From Octopus vulgaris (taxonomy: Eukaryota): a stretch of 64,000 nt of DNA. Both the position numbers and the translations under genes were made by a program. The number at the start of each line of letters is the position of its first letter. The stretch's first letter is position 1. The notes beneath the pieces are model-generated. The model was not told the origin of the DNA, searched no databases, and worked only from the letters and a program-made list of their open reading frames with translations. The stretch covers positions 76,074,001 through 76,138,000 of the forward strand of contig OX597830.1 of NCBI GenBank assembly GCA_951406725.2, in the 5' to 3' direction. Below, one piece after another: positions 28,202-42,255 of the stretch.

Positions 28202-29128
28202 TTAATTGTTTGTCGTACACCCGTTAAGAAGTGGCTTGTATTTTGTAATAAAGAGATTTTCTTTACTTATTCGTTGTCTCGAGGTTGTATCGTCCCTAAA
28301 TTGGTAGAGGGGGAAAATCCTGAAGTTTGGTGTTTTTTTGTTGGCGCAAGTATCTATGTGTTGGCTAAAAGCTATTTTTCTGTTTTGGGGAATTTTTATC
28401 TGGAATCTGTGCAGGGCCATTCGTTTACGCAAACCATTTTTTGTTTGGCCTATGTACTGCTCTTGACACCCGGAGCAGGTTAGTGAGTATATTAGGTTCT
28501 CCGAAGCACATGTGAAGTTGCTTTTCACTGTAAACCGTTGTCCCTGTTTGAAGGAGAACTCTGATCCCTCAATTAGATAGTCGCATATCCCGCAATTGGG
28601 TCTTCCACATTTTTTTACTGTCGGCTTCTGTGTTGAAGAGTGAATTCGGGCTTGTGTTAGGATACTTTTCATGGATCTAGGCTGTCTTTTGCTTTTTATG
28701 ATCGTGTGTGTTTGGAGGATTGTGTTCATTCTGTGGTCTTTTTTTAGGAGGGGTATGTTGTGGAGGATGGTGCCGAAGGCTTCGTTATTGAGAGGGTTGT
28801 GTGTGGAGATGTATGGTAAGGCTTTTGGTTGTAAGTTTTTCTTTGATTTGGGATGTCTCAGTTCCTTGATGTTAAGTTGAAGGGCACGTTGAATGCACTT
28901 GTCAATAAGTGAAGGTGGATAGTTCCTGGTGATAAGGGTATCTTTTAGTTCTTGTAGTCGTGTGTCTCTGGTGTTTGCGTTAGAGACTATAGTGCATATC
29001 CTTTTTGCTAGATTGAAGGGGATATTCATCCTGGTGTGTCTGGGGTGGCATGAATTGAATGGAAGATATTGCTTAGAGTCTGTAGGCTTATAGTATATGT
29101 CTGTTTCTATTATATTATTAGCTTTTAT
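28202..29128 (-). CDS. PLE ORF C-terminal part: RT thumb, Cys-rich linker, GIY-YIG endonuclease (no native start)
   Basis: The frame is open upstream of the called Met (IETDIYYKPTDSKQYLPFNSCHPRH). Linker KCGRPNCGIC. Nuclease NLIYSLTCSGCQEQYIGQT..LRKRMALH..H..E..LN. Confidence 0.9.
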   Translation of the reverse strand: MKANNIIETDIYYKPTDSKQYLPFNSCHPRHTRMNIPFNLAKRICTIVSNANTRDTRLQELKDTLITRNYPPSLIDKCIQRALQLNIKELRHPKSKKNLQPKALPYISTHNPLNNEAFGTILHNIPLLKKDHRMNTILQTHTIIKSKRQPRSMKSILTQARIHSSTQKPTVKKCGRPNCGICDYLIEGSEFSFKQGQRFTVKSNFTCASENLIYSLTCSGCQEQYIGQTKNGLRKRMALHRFQIKIPQNRKIAFSQHIDTCANKKTPNFRIFPLYQFRDDTTSRQRISKENLFITKYKPLLNGCTTNN

Positions 29129-29134
29129 ATTATA

Positions 29135-29304
<170 letters not shown>

Positions 29305-29656
29305 ATATATGTATGCATCTTTTTATCGATTTTTATGAAACTTGACAAGTGAGTAGAAATCATGTGTTGAAAAAAATGATTATTATGGCACCCTGGAAGG
29401 AATCCTTATATCTACTACATATAACAAATAAATATGTTTTGAACATCCATGGAACATAACTCATTCGCTCCTGGCAAGGATCCTTAATATAGCCAAGTGA
29501 AATAACCCATTCACCTTCGTAAATTATTTGGTATAAATCAAATTGAGTATACTTATTTCTTAGTATTACATGTCGGTACCCTAGTATGGCTGCAGTCCAA
29601 TAACTGAAACAAGACAAGAATAAGATGAATAAATAGATAATCAAATAAATAAATCG

Positions 29657-30431
29657 TAGGCGCAGGAGTGACTGTATGGTAAGAAGCTTGCTCCCCAACC
29701 ACATGGTTCCAGGTTCAGTCCCACTGCATGCCACCTTGAGCAAGTGTCTTCTATTATAGCTTCTAGCTGACCAAAATGAATTTGGTAGACAGAAACTGAA
29801 AGAAGCCCGTCGTATATATGTATGTATGTGTATGTGTATCTTTGTGTCTGTGATTGTCTCACCACTACCACCACCACCACCACCACCACCTCCACCGTCG
29901 CATGAAAAACGATGTTGGTGTGTTTACGTCCTCGCAATAACTAAAAAAAGGCGATACTCCAGCATGGTCGCAGTCAAATGAGTGAAACAAGTAACAGAAT
30001 AATAAAAGAAAAAAAGCAGATTACTCTATTACTTGTTTCAGTCATATGACTGCGGTCATGCTGGAGCACCGCCTTTAATCGAGCAACTCGACCCCGGGAC
30101 TTATTCTTTTGTAAGCCCAGTACTTATTCTATCGGTCTCTTTTGCCGAACCGCTAAGTGACGGGGACACATAAACACACCAGCATCGGTTGTCAAGCAAC
30201 GCTAGGGGGACAAACACAGACACACAAACACGCATATATATATATATATATATATATACATACATATATACGACGGGCTTCTTTCAGTTTCCGTCTACCA
30301 AATCCACTCACAAGGCTTTGGTCGGCCCGAGGCTATAGTAGAAGACACTAGCCCCAGGTGCCACGCAGTGGGACTGAACCCGGAACCATGTGGTTGGTAA
30401 GCAAGCTACTTATCACACAGCCACTTCTGCG
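29657..30431. mobile_element. tail-to-tail pair of SINE family B (plus 29657-30010, minus 30025-30431)
   Basis: Two near-complete copies in opposite orientation about 15 nt apart. Confidence 0.88.
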
Positions 30432-30446
30432 GAATAAATCAAATAT

Positions 30447-30831
30447 GGAAGCACTCCGTCGGTTACGACGACGATGGTTCCGGTTGATCCGAATCAACGG
30501 AACAGCCTGCTCGTGAAATTAACGCGTAAGTGACTGAGCACTCCACAGACACGTGTACCCTTAACGTAGTTCTCGGAGATATTCAGCGTGACACAGAGAG
30601 TGACAAGGCCGGCCCTTTGAAATACAGGTACAACAGAAACAAGAAGAAAGAGTGAGAGAAAGTTGTGGTCAAAGAGTACAGCAGGGATCACCACCATCCC
30701 CTGCCGGAGCCTCGTGGAGCTTTTAGGTGTTTTCGCTCAATAAACACTCATAACGCCCGGTCTGGGAATCGAAACCGCGATCCTATGACCGCGAGTCCGC
30801 TGCCCTAACCACTGGGCCATTGCGCCTCCAC
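30447..30831 (-). mobile_element. SINE family C, full length with target-site duplication
   Basis: tRNA-like head (TGGCCCAGTGG, GTTTCGATTCC on minus) and an 11-bp TSD AAATCAAATAT at 30436-30446 and 30832-30842. Confidence 0.9.
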
Positions 30832-31477
30832 AAATCAAATATATAATATGAATAAAATAAATAAATAAATAAAACAAATGGAAGCTTTAAGTTTCCGTCA
30901 TGAGTCAAGACTGTAGTCACAATGTCTGGCTGAAAGACCAGTTTGCAGGAACTCGAGTTGATTATAGTACCAAGTAGTAGTGGAACTAACAGACAACATT
31001 GGCAAAAATCTCTGACAGACGTGAGATTCAAATCTAATGGCCTCTCGTTTTCAAAGGTCACCTTTATATCTTTATTTTTATTTTTTTATTTTTTTATTGT
31101 ATTTCTTTATTTATTTTTGGCTGGGGGTGCGAGAGAGTATTGTGTTGGTGGAGTTTCTTCCCAAACTGTAAATATAGTGGAAAAGTTTATCACGCTTGGT
31201 TATCTCAATTGCAACGTATTATTCTCTCTGTCTATTGTTTTAATTTTTATTTTTGTATGTTTTTTTATACTTATTTATTTATTTATTTATTTATTTATTT
31301 TCTGTTGGGTCATCCTCGTTCTATGTGAAAATGATGCTTGAATTAATCTTTGCTTCTTGGGTCGGTCCGTGTGTACGTGCGTGCATGCGTGCGTGCATGT
31401 GTGTGTGTGTGTATGTGTGTGTGTCTGTGTCTGTGTGTGATTGCGCGCACGTGCACGTGTGTGTATGCGTGCATGCG

Positions 31478-31523
<46 letters not shown>

Positions 31524-31567
31524 AGTGCATGCGTATGTATATATATATATATGTGTGAGTGCATGCG

Positions 31568-31647
<80 letters not shown>

Positions 31648-31881
31648 TATTTTGTGTGTGTGCGTACTGAGTTTGTGCATGACCGTGTGTGTGTTTTTCG
31701 GTGTGTGCATATATGAGTATGTGCATGTGTGTGTGTGTCGGTATGTGTATGTGTATGAATGTTATGTATGTGTATGTTGTGAGAAAACTGCACCGAGCTG
31801 TTTGCTTTGCGGTATTGTAACTGATAAAGTTACCACCACCACCATCACCACTTACTACTACAACAACTACTACTACTACTT

Positions 31882-31925
<44 letters not shown>

Positions 31926-32400
31926 CCGCCGACACTATCACCACCACAATCGCCCAAACCACCTTCACCATCACCGCTTCCATCGCTCCACTAACACTAA
32001 TATTACTACCACCATCGCCTCCACTACTACTACTGCTACTACTAGCACAAACTCTGCCATCACCACTAACACCACAACTGACATTATCACTACTTCTCCT
32101 GCTACCACTACTACTACCACTACTACAACTATGACAGAAAAAGCAGACCAGGTCAGGTAAAATCTAAAGTAATACAAGTGGTTTCATACTTAGGTTATTT
32201 CTTTGGGATATCGTACTGAATCCCGACTACAAAACATTCAACGGTAGCAGTTTTAGTAAACCCAGCCGTGGCTGGCAACAGACTTACCCTAAGTAAGTCT
32301 GTTCTTCCCTGTTAACCAAAATTACTCTGTTGCATAACAACAAACTCTTGAATACACAGTCCAGGTTCCTGTTACGTTATTTCCTAAATACCTATTTGCA

Positions 32401-32496
<96 letters not shown>

Positions 32497-32585
32497 ATTC
32501 AATAATCAATCTATTTATCTATATATCTATATATGCATCAATCATTCAATAATCAATCTATTTATCTATCATTCAATCAATCTAC

Positions 32586-32678
<93 letters not shown>

Positions 32679-32690
32679 CAGCTCTCCCTT

Positions 32691-32739
<49 letters not shown>

Positions 32740-32823
32740 CTCTATCTATCTATCTATCTCTCTATCTCTCTATCATCAATCATTCAATAATCTACCTGTC
32801 TATCTGTCTATATCTGTATCTAC

Positions 32824-32912
<89 letters not shown>

Positions 32913-33308
32913 ATTCAATAATCAATCATTTTTTCTATCAATCTATCTATATATCATTCATTAATCAATCAATTTATCTATCAATCTATCTATCTATCTA
33001 TCAATCGAGCGAGCGAGCGATCTAGCTAGCATGTATTATCTAGCTATTTCGTTTGGGATTAAATCTTAGAATTTATTCACTTAAGCTCATCCAAGGATCA
33101 AGGCTATCGAGCAGATAGTGATCCTGAGGTTGTTTGTCACATCAAACATATTCCTGAAAATCCGCGAAAATCCGCAGATTTTCTACTTTTATAACCGATG
33201 AGGATAATAATCAAGTAAATGAACGCCCGCATACACAATCAATGTTTTTTAAAAAATTAATTGAAAGCATTGAGTAAATGTATTAATTAAAAGTGTTATT
33301 TTGGATCA

Positions 33309-33531
33309 GGGTGGTGGCGTCATTCGAATGCTAAATCGATGCAAAGCACATCGTGACCAGCGATGCGTTAGAACATGTTTTCTGGCCCGTCAAATATATA
33401 TATACATATATCACCGTGATCACCGTGACCGACTAGACCATCAGATGTTGTTACATATCGCTGGTCACAATACATTTCGCATTGTTTTAGCCTTCGAATG
33501 ACGCCACCCCGCTGGCTAAGCGAGCAGGCCA
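33309..33531. mobile_element. inverted pair of SINE family D 3' ends
   Basis: GGTGGCGTCATTCGAA.GCTAAA..GTGACCAGCGATG on plus (33309-33391) and its reverse complement (33411-33531). The same tail occurs at 48843-48963 and 21923-21973. Confidence 0.75.
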
Positions 33532-34135
33532 ATATACATATATATATATATATATATACATATTTGTTTTCCTTTAATTCCAGTTATAATGGATGTAATT
33601 CGATGCATCATATACAATGTTCCTGCGATCATAGGGTTTTCAGGTCTTTTATCATCAGGCGCTCAATCTAGATTGCCACAGTCTGAGTTGATCAAGTTTA
33701 ACCTTGCATCCCTGTTACAATCAGAAGCTACGGGTCTGCCCTCTTTCACAAAAGCCATCCAGATGCTTTCTCTATGCCTTCTGTGATGGAAATATGAGTT
33801 CACCTCTTTTTTGCACCAGTAATTCCAAGCCCGGTCAGAACTTGGCAAAGTGATCTACAAAACCTTGCCATCCTACACATTTCACTCGCAAATTGCCAGC
33901 GAGCCATGACTTCCTCCAATCTCTTCGAGCTCCAGATATTTGGCAACTTTTCTCTCCTATGTTTCTTCCATATGCTTCCCCTAAGGCTCAGCCAGTTCCT
34001 AACCTGATTACCTGTCGATTCTGGGTAAATGGAATAAATATTTGCGGCCGGTTTGCAGTAGGTACGATGTGCTCTACGAACATGATCCACTCTCAGCTAT
34101 GGAGTGTAGTTGCAATTGTTGATATTTAAGTGAAT

Positions 34136-34470
34136 AAAGGTGACGAACTAGCAGAAGGATTTGCATGCCGGGCGAAATGCTAAGCGGTTTTTCGTCCGTC
34201 TTCATGTTCTGAGTTCAAATTCCACTGAAGCCTACTTTGCCTTTTATCCTCTCGGAGTTGATGAAATAAGTACCAGTTCCGCACTGGGGTTGATGTAATC
34301 TACTTGCCTTCTTCTCCAAAACGTTTCAGGCTTTGTGCCTATAGTAGAAAGAATTATTGTATCCTTTCGAGGTCGACTAAATAAGTACCAGTTACGCACT
34401 GGGGTCGATGTAATAGACATAGCACCTCCCCGCAAATTTCAGGTCTTGTGTTTATAATAGAAAGGATATT
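34136..34470 (+). mobile_element. SINE family A full copy plus tandem 3' half
   Basis: Family A B-box and body, with AATAAGTACCAGTT.CGCACTGGGGT twice. Confidence 0.8.
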
Positions 34471-34783
34471 TAAATAAATAAAGGCGGTGAAATGGCAGAA
34501 GCGTTGTTTACATTCGACGTAACCTATACATCTAGCGGTCCTGGATGATTCTATAACTTCTTAAATTACAGAAAAGTTTGACAGTCAGGCGGTTTAACTT
34601 ATATGGTAAAGTATTCCAACCGGATTTTGGATGGATGTGAGTTCGATTCTCATGGCTGCCTGGCTGACGACAAATTTTTCTGCTTTAAAAAAAAAGAGGA
34701 TTTTATCCTTTAAACATATCCTGTTCAGAATCTACGCGTTGAATAAAATTTATCTTTCTAATTTCTCTTAAAAAGTAAATTTT

Positions 34784-35160
34784 AACAAGACCACTCAGAG
34801 AGTACAAACCTCCGCCAAGGCAACTCCAACGTCCTCTCAACGATTAGCCAGAGATGATTGTTGAAAGGAGAATATCTGAGAGTAACTCGACTGCTCTCAT
34901 AAACGAGAATACTAAATATGAACCCGACCGCTCTCAAAAGTTAAGTGAAAAAAAACAGGAAAATAATCCAGATTCCTTGTCCGGTACCAGATCGTCACAA
35001 AATCTTATCAGTTCAAGCCAGTCACGAGGCCAAACATAACTGAAAGTTTCATCCGAATGCATTCACCGGTTCTTGAGATATCTTGTCCACGGACAAACAA
35101 ACAAACAAACAAATGCGACTGAAAACAATATCTCCGCTTTTGCTAAGGCGGAGGTAATAA
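34784..35160 (-). mobile_element. second HINE/DINE-1-like element
   Basis: Minus strand starts TTATTACCTCCGCCTT..GCGGAGAT, has (TTTG)n, and ends CCTTGGCGGAGGT, hairpin (ACTC-TCT-GAGT), CTTGTT. Confidence 0.78.
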
Positions 35161-35469
35161 TGCATATAATTTAATTCATTATTGTGCACTGTTACAATTT
35201 TATCTCGCACTCCACACTTGTGCGGGAGAATATGCCAAGATGAGAAACCCCATACTAAGTGGTCATTCGATTTTCTAGGAAAAGCCGCCGGATAACTCCT
35301 TAAGTTTTTCTCCTTTCCTGCTCTGTCTTAAATAAAGATAGTAGTTATTAGTAAATGTGGCAAAAGGTGGGTCATTAGGTGATGGAGTGGTCCCAGCCTG
35401 TAATAATTTTGATCATAGACACTCCATCAGAGCCGGTTCCGTTGTAACAAGAACAACAGCAATAACACC

Positions 35470-35639
35470 CACTACTACTACTACAACTACTACTACTACT
35501 ACAACTACTACTACTAGTACTACTGCTGATGCTGCTGCTGCTACTGCTTCTACTTCTACTACTACTACTACTACTGCTGCTGCTATTACTACTACTGCTG
35601 CTGCTGCTGCTGCTACTACTACTACTGCTACTACTACTA

Positions 35640-35678
<39 letters not shown>

Positions 35679-35782
35679 TCACTGCTGCTACTACTGTTGC
35701 TACTACTGCTGCTGCTACTACTGCTGCTACTGCTGCTAATCCTCCTCCTACTACTACTGCTGCTGCTACTACTACTACTACT

Positions 35783-35814
<32 letters not shown>

Positions 35815-35815
35815 A
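35470..35815. repeat. (CTA)n/(CTG)n compound trinucleotide array
   Basis: Direct inspection. Similar low-complexity trinucleotide fields lie at 17400-17532, 27860-28080, 31830-32130, 46320-46980, 53050-53520 and 56740-56998. Confidence 0.9.
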
Positions 35816-35921
35816 ACATTACAGTTCAATTTTTCTTAGCTTCACAGTATAGTCACCTTTGAGTAAAATTATTTCGTTTCTTACCAAAATGTAGATTATT
35901 TAATTCCATGTTAAAACGGCT

Positions 35922-35965
<44 letters not shown>

Positions 35966-36794
35966 GATATATTAGTTTCGTCGTCTGTCTCTAGATCAAT
36001 CCTGATCGAACAGCACTATAATTAATGGCTTTCCACCCGAAGCCATCTCGTACAGGGACTTTGATTGTCCGAAGTAACTTTCTATATTTCAGACAGTAAT
36101 GTATGATTTTATGGACATTTGGCCGCTATTTCTAGCAAGTCAACATCCACGTAGACTTTCTCCAATTGTCCCGTGTTTGTGTGTTTGCGTGTGTCCGTGT
36201 TCTTGCGCGTGTAGGTACTTGTGATTGACGCATATTTAACTAGTGACGGGGAAGTGAGTGAAAGAGTATTAGGGAAGACAAAGAAAACAGACCGAAGCAC
36301 GAATAGCCAGGCCAAAATAGATGACCAATAAGTCTTACTAAGCAGATAGGGGTGATGAAAGAAATGACCAACAGAATGAAAGAATTAGTCGGATCTGGTA
36401 ATAAGAGCTGTGAGGCTAAAATGGCGACCGTCAAAGGGAGAAATTTGATATTCATATGGGGGTCAATGAAGTCGGACGTGGGAAGACTTTTATTAGTGTT
36501 GTCTAAATAATTAGACAATAAACTCAAATGAAGATTGCACAAAATAGATTAAGAGGTAAAGGGAAGGGATTTTGATTAAGAGAATAAAACGAGATTGAGA
36601 AGTTGCTATGAAAACTAATCGTTGCTGTGTGGTTAAGAGGCTTGCTATGCAACCATGTGGTTTCCGGTTCAATATCATTCCGGAGCATCTTAGACAAGTA
36701 TCTCCCTCTATAGGCCTGAGTTGACTAATGCCTTGTAAGTAGAAACACTGCGGAAGCTCGTTATATATATATATGTATATATATGTACATACAT

Positions 36795-36829
<35 letters not shown>

Positions 36830-37361
36830 CATATGTGTGTATGTGTATCTGTGTATATATAACTAATTCCCTTTTTCTTCCCTTCACCGTTTTCTGTGTC
36901 CCACTCCCCTCCTCCCCTCTTTCTCTTTTTCTCTCTCTCGTTGCTCACACGTGACCACCGTCCATCTTTCTTTCTCTCCAGGACGTCCTTAGGACTGCAC
37001 GTCTTCTATCTCTCTCTTCTATTCTTTTCTCTTTTCAAAGACAATATTTTTCCATATTTGTTTTCGTTCGGTTTCCATGTATGTCTCCACTGTCCTGTTT
37101 TTTGTTCTCAACTTATACTCTCTATTAATCCCAAATTTTGGTATTTATGGGAGCAACTCCTATTGTTCAATGCTCGAAATGAAGGGTCGTTGTTTGAGTT
37201 ACTTATCTTGTTTTCCATTTTTTTCTCTCATATTGTTTACTGTTGGTAACGTCCTGTACCCACATATGCGAATATATATATATAAAGAAAAAAAATTTTG
37301 AATTGTACAACAATGCACTATAATACAAACGATGGGCTATATATCTGTTGCAATTTAGTCA

Positions 37362-37444
<83 letters not shown>

Positions 37445-37734
37445 TTATATTCATATATACACACACATACATCTATGTGTCGTTTGACAATCGGTGATGG
37501 TTCACTCACATCCCCGTAACGTTAGCGGTTCATTAAACGAGACGGATAGAACAAATGCAAGCTATTAAATATGGAAATAAAAGAAAAGAAGAGAAGACAA
37601 ACCGAAAAGTATTATTAGTAGATGATACATATCAAGAACCAGGAATCGGTAATCTCTGTAAATTCAGACTTTGCCAAGACATGATTTTCGAAGAATGCAA
37701 TGGGATTAGATCTTTTTATGTTTTATTTATTTCC

Positions 37735-38152
37735 TTATTTCTTTATTTCCCACAAAGGGCTAAACATAGAGGGGACAAACAAAGACAGACAAAGGGATTA
37801 AGTCGATTACATCTACCCCAGTGCGTAACTGGTACTTATTTAATCGACCTCGAAAGGATGAAAGGCCAAGTCGACCTCGGCAGAATTTGAACTCACAACG
37901 TAGCGGCAGACGAAATACCTATTTCTTTATTACCCACAAGGTGCTAAACATAGAGGGGACAAACAAGGACAGACATATATATTAAGTCGATTACACTGAC
38001 TCCAGTGTTCAACATGTACTTAATTTATCGACCCCGAAAGGATGAAAGGCAAAGTCGACCTCGGCGGAATTTGAACTCAGCACGTAGCGGCTGACGAAAT
38101 ACCGCTAAGCATTTCGCCCGGCGTGCTAACGTTTCTGCCAGCTCGCCACCTT
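37735..38152 (-). mobile_element. SINE family A tandem dimer (long tail)
   Basis: Two units joined at GACGAAATACC/TATTTCTTT (~37909-37928). Confidence 0.9.
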
Positions 38153-38570
38153 TTTACTTATTTCCATCATTCGACTGGGCCGAAAGTGGAATTTGAACCG
38201 TTATATACTTGTAATGAGGAATGACACATTCCTAACGACAGTAACGGCAAACAATAAAAACTGTGAGGTCTGGCAGAAAACTTATGTTTCTAGCAAATTC
38301 CAATTTGCAATTTTCAACGAATAAAATTAAACGCACACATATATTAAAGGAATGTCAGAGTTTAAGTGGTGTTGCTAAAATTTACATTTTATGTCTTTGT
38401 CTAATTAAAATTTAATGAATCTAAGACGGTACGGGATTATTATAGGAATCTACAGCGGAAACCCGAGATCAATAGCTATAGAACTGATCCTCCTACCTAA
38501 CTCAAGCGCAAACTACTACACCCATTAAAAATGCATGTATACAGCCCATATACATACATACCTACACACA

Positions 38571-38602
<32 letters not shown>

Positions 38603-38630
38603 AATATATAAATATATATACATATATATG

Positions 38631-38684
<54 letters not shown>

Positions 38685-38914
38685 GTATATATGTATTCAT
38701 ATATCTCTATCTGTCTATATATATATATATATATATGCATGTACATAGATACATATATATTACATATGTGCGTGGGAATGTGTGTGTGTTTGTGGGTGTG
38801 TACACACAAACAAGTAATCAACTATGTACGCATAATTTGAAAAATGTTTTTGTAGCATACCATACACACATCCTACACACAAATACACACTCATACTCAC
38901 AAACACGCACGCAC

Positions 38915-38945
<31 letters not shown>

Positions 38946-39834
38946 TACGCAAGTACAAACATATATTCTTACATACGTATATATACGTGCACATACATTC
39001 ATATGTACATACATATATGTGTATGCGTTTATAAACCACAATTTTTGGTAATATATACTGCATATATATATACGAGTGTATGTATGTAAGTATGTTTTTT
39101 GTGTGTGTGTGTGTATATGTGCATGGGCGTGTGGAGTATATTCAACTGTTTATAAAACTATAAAAGTACTTACTTGTACTTGTAGTGACATTCGCCCTGG
39201 GCGGGTTGAGTCGGCTTCTTCCACCACCCTCAAGGCATCTCGAACCATGGCGGTTGGAGAAGCTTCGTGGGAATATGTGGATTTCACAAGCGGTACCCAA
39301 CAATCCCACATGTGGAGACATCCTGTTTGCCGCAGATTGTCCGCAGACGCAGGGACAGAACGACCGAAGAGCCGCCGGTTGCCGAAACAGACACTCCGAG
39401 GATTTTCACCAGAGCCCCGTCTGCCGGGTTGTGGCCCTAATACCACTCGAAGTCAGACCAATCCGCCTTGGGTGGCCCTACCAAGAACCGAAGTTGCCGA
39501 CGGCATAGCTCCGACACTACCCGTTGCCAGCGTCCCCATCATGGTGAGGAAGGGATGGACTTTGGGGAGGCAATCTATAAAAGTACATAGAAAGGGGTGG
39601 CCTCGTGTCGATCAAAGCTTCGCGATGGAAAATAAGAAGAACAAAACGGTCGGAAAGCATGATGTACGTACTCGTATTTATAACTGAAAGGGTCAGCGTT
39701 TTTGTAGACCATGTAATGCTAAGTCTGTCTGAAAATTTGCATTAAGCTTACACGAGTGTGTGCGGAATATTCAGCCGCTTAGATTATACTTTAGATTATA
39801 CTTTTAGATTATACTTTAATGCGTAAGTAATTAC

Positions 39835-40011
39835 GCGGCGTGGCCGTGTGGTACGAAGTTTGGTTCCACGCCATATGTTTCTGGGTTCAGTCCCACTGCC
39901 TGGCACCTCGACCAAGTGTTGCCTGGCACCCTGGCCTACTGTAGCTTCGGGCGACCAAAGACTCATGAGTGGATTTGGTAGACGAAAACAGAAAGAAGCC
40001 TGTCGTGTGTA

Positions 40012-40054
<43 letters not shown>

Positions 40055-40265
40055 GTGTGTGTGTGTGTGTGCGTGCGTGTTTGTTCCCCACAACTGTTTG
40101 ACAACCGGGATGGGTGTGTTTACGTCCCCATAAGAATCCGATAGAATAGGTACCAGGTTTGAAAAATATTAAATGCTCTTGTCGATTCGGTTAATTGAAA
40201 ATTTCTTCAAGATGTGCCCCAGCATGGCCACGGTATAATGAATGAAATAAGTAAAAGATTAAAAA
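39835..40265 (+). mobile_element. diverged SINE family B
   Basis: GGGTTCAGTCCCACTGC, GAGTGGATTTGGTAGACG, internal (TG)n and GTGCCCCAGCATGGCCAC tail. Confidence 0.8.
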
Positions 40266-40384
40266 TAATTGAGTTGTTGGAACATTTGGCATTAACATCC
40301 CCCAAACCGACGGAGAATTCACTGACGGTATATATGTAGGGCCGGCACAAATTTATTCAGTAACCTAGATCAGCCCTAAAGTAA

Positions 40385-40890
40385 GCACTCCCTTTTCTCA
40401 GCTCTATAATGTGTTCCCTTTCAGCATTACAATTTACATCCTCTTGTCATAGCCCTACACTATACTCCCCTTATCACAGCCTTATATTGTACGTCCCTTT
40501 TTTCTCAAACCTACATTGTTCCCCCTATCGGTGTGACAGTTTGCATCCTTTTGTCTTAGCCCTACATTTTGCAGCCCTTATCACACCCTCATATTACACG
40601 TCCCTTTTTCTCAGACCTACATTGTGCTCCTATCTACCTGACAATTTATATAACCTTGTTCTAACCCTACAACATGCTACCCTTCTCACAGCTTGATATT
40701 ACGCCTCCTTTCGGCATGACAGTTTACGTCCTCTTGTCTTAGCCCTACAGTATGTGCCCCTTCTGAGTGTTACAATAAATATTCCCTTCTCTCAGTCCTA
40801 CAACGCTTGTGCTTTCTCACAACTTTACAACGTGAGCCCTATTTCTGAGCCAACCAATTTGCATCCATTTTCTCAGCTCTATCCACCTTT
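40385..40890. repeat. degenerate ~25-nt minisatellite
   Basis: Recurring CTCAGCCCTACA..CCCTTT-like units, with a longer variant ACA(G/A)TTT(A/G)C.TCCT.TTGTC.TAGCCCTACA at ~40428, 40535 and 40719. Confidence 0.6.
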
Positions 40891-41489
40891 GTTTCGAAAC
40901 CGACACCACTTGCTTTCTTTCTCAGTTTGTTTTCATGGCTTTTACTTGACTAAAGAAATTTTTAGTCGTTCACACTTTACATGACAAACGGAGATTTTAC
41001 AGCTTTCGGAAGTCAGTTGGTTTGCGAAGTGTATAACACCGGCCCAGTCGTGTGTATATTATAAACGGACATAACTTGTGTGTCTGTATATTTACTTATT
41101 TTGATATATCTATATCCATAGAGATACATACCAATCTTGAGAAATTAGGCTTCTAAAAACCAGAAAGGAGAAAGCTGATGCGAAAAAAATAGAGCCAATC
41201 CCTCACTGGAACTGTAAAAATCTGTAAAACCTTCCAGACGTTTATCAGTTAAGTATATACGAGCATATCTAGATTTGCATATATATGTATGAGAATGCAT
41301 ACATAAAACAAAATCATTCATATCTACACAAACATACATACAAAAATACCCTGTTGATGTTCTAATAAATTCTAATAAAGGAGCCTTGGATTTAGGTTAG
41401 AAACCGGCTCTTTCTCTATTGTAAAGAAATCTTGAAATATAACTGAATATAACTGAATAATGACAATACATACATACATGCATCTGGAT

Positions 41490-42255
<766 letters not shown>

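Larger units (their letters stand above)
27440..29130 (-). mobile_element. 5'-truncated Penelope-like element (Neptune-type)
   Basis: RT-thumb, Cys linker and GIY-YIG ORF, a pyrimidine-rich 3' UTR (sense strand) and a terminal hammerhead. Bounded by (TA)n on both sides. Confidence 0.9.

Noticed and set aside
30755-30831. tRNA gene candidates (also the heads of families A, B and D)
   Set aside because: A and B boxes are present, but there is no complete cloverleaf and each continues into a SINE body, here with a TSD.
33570-34130. Complex sequence with short ORFs (similarly 12570-13000 and 19690-20270)
   Set aside because: These are probably very old LINE debris, but I found no motif I can defend, so they are left unannotated.
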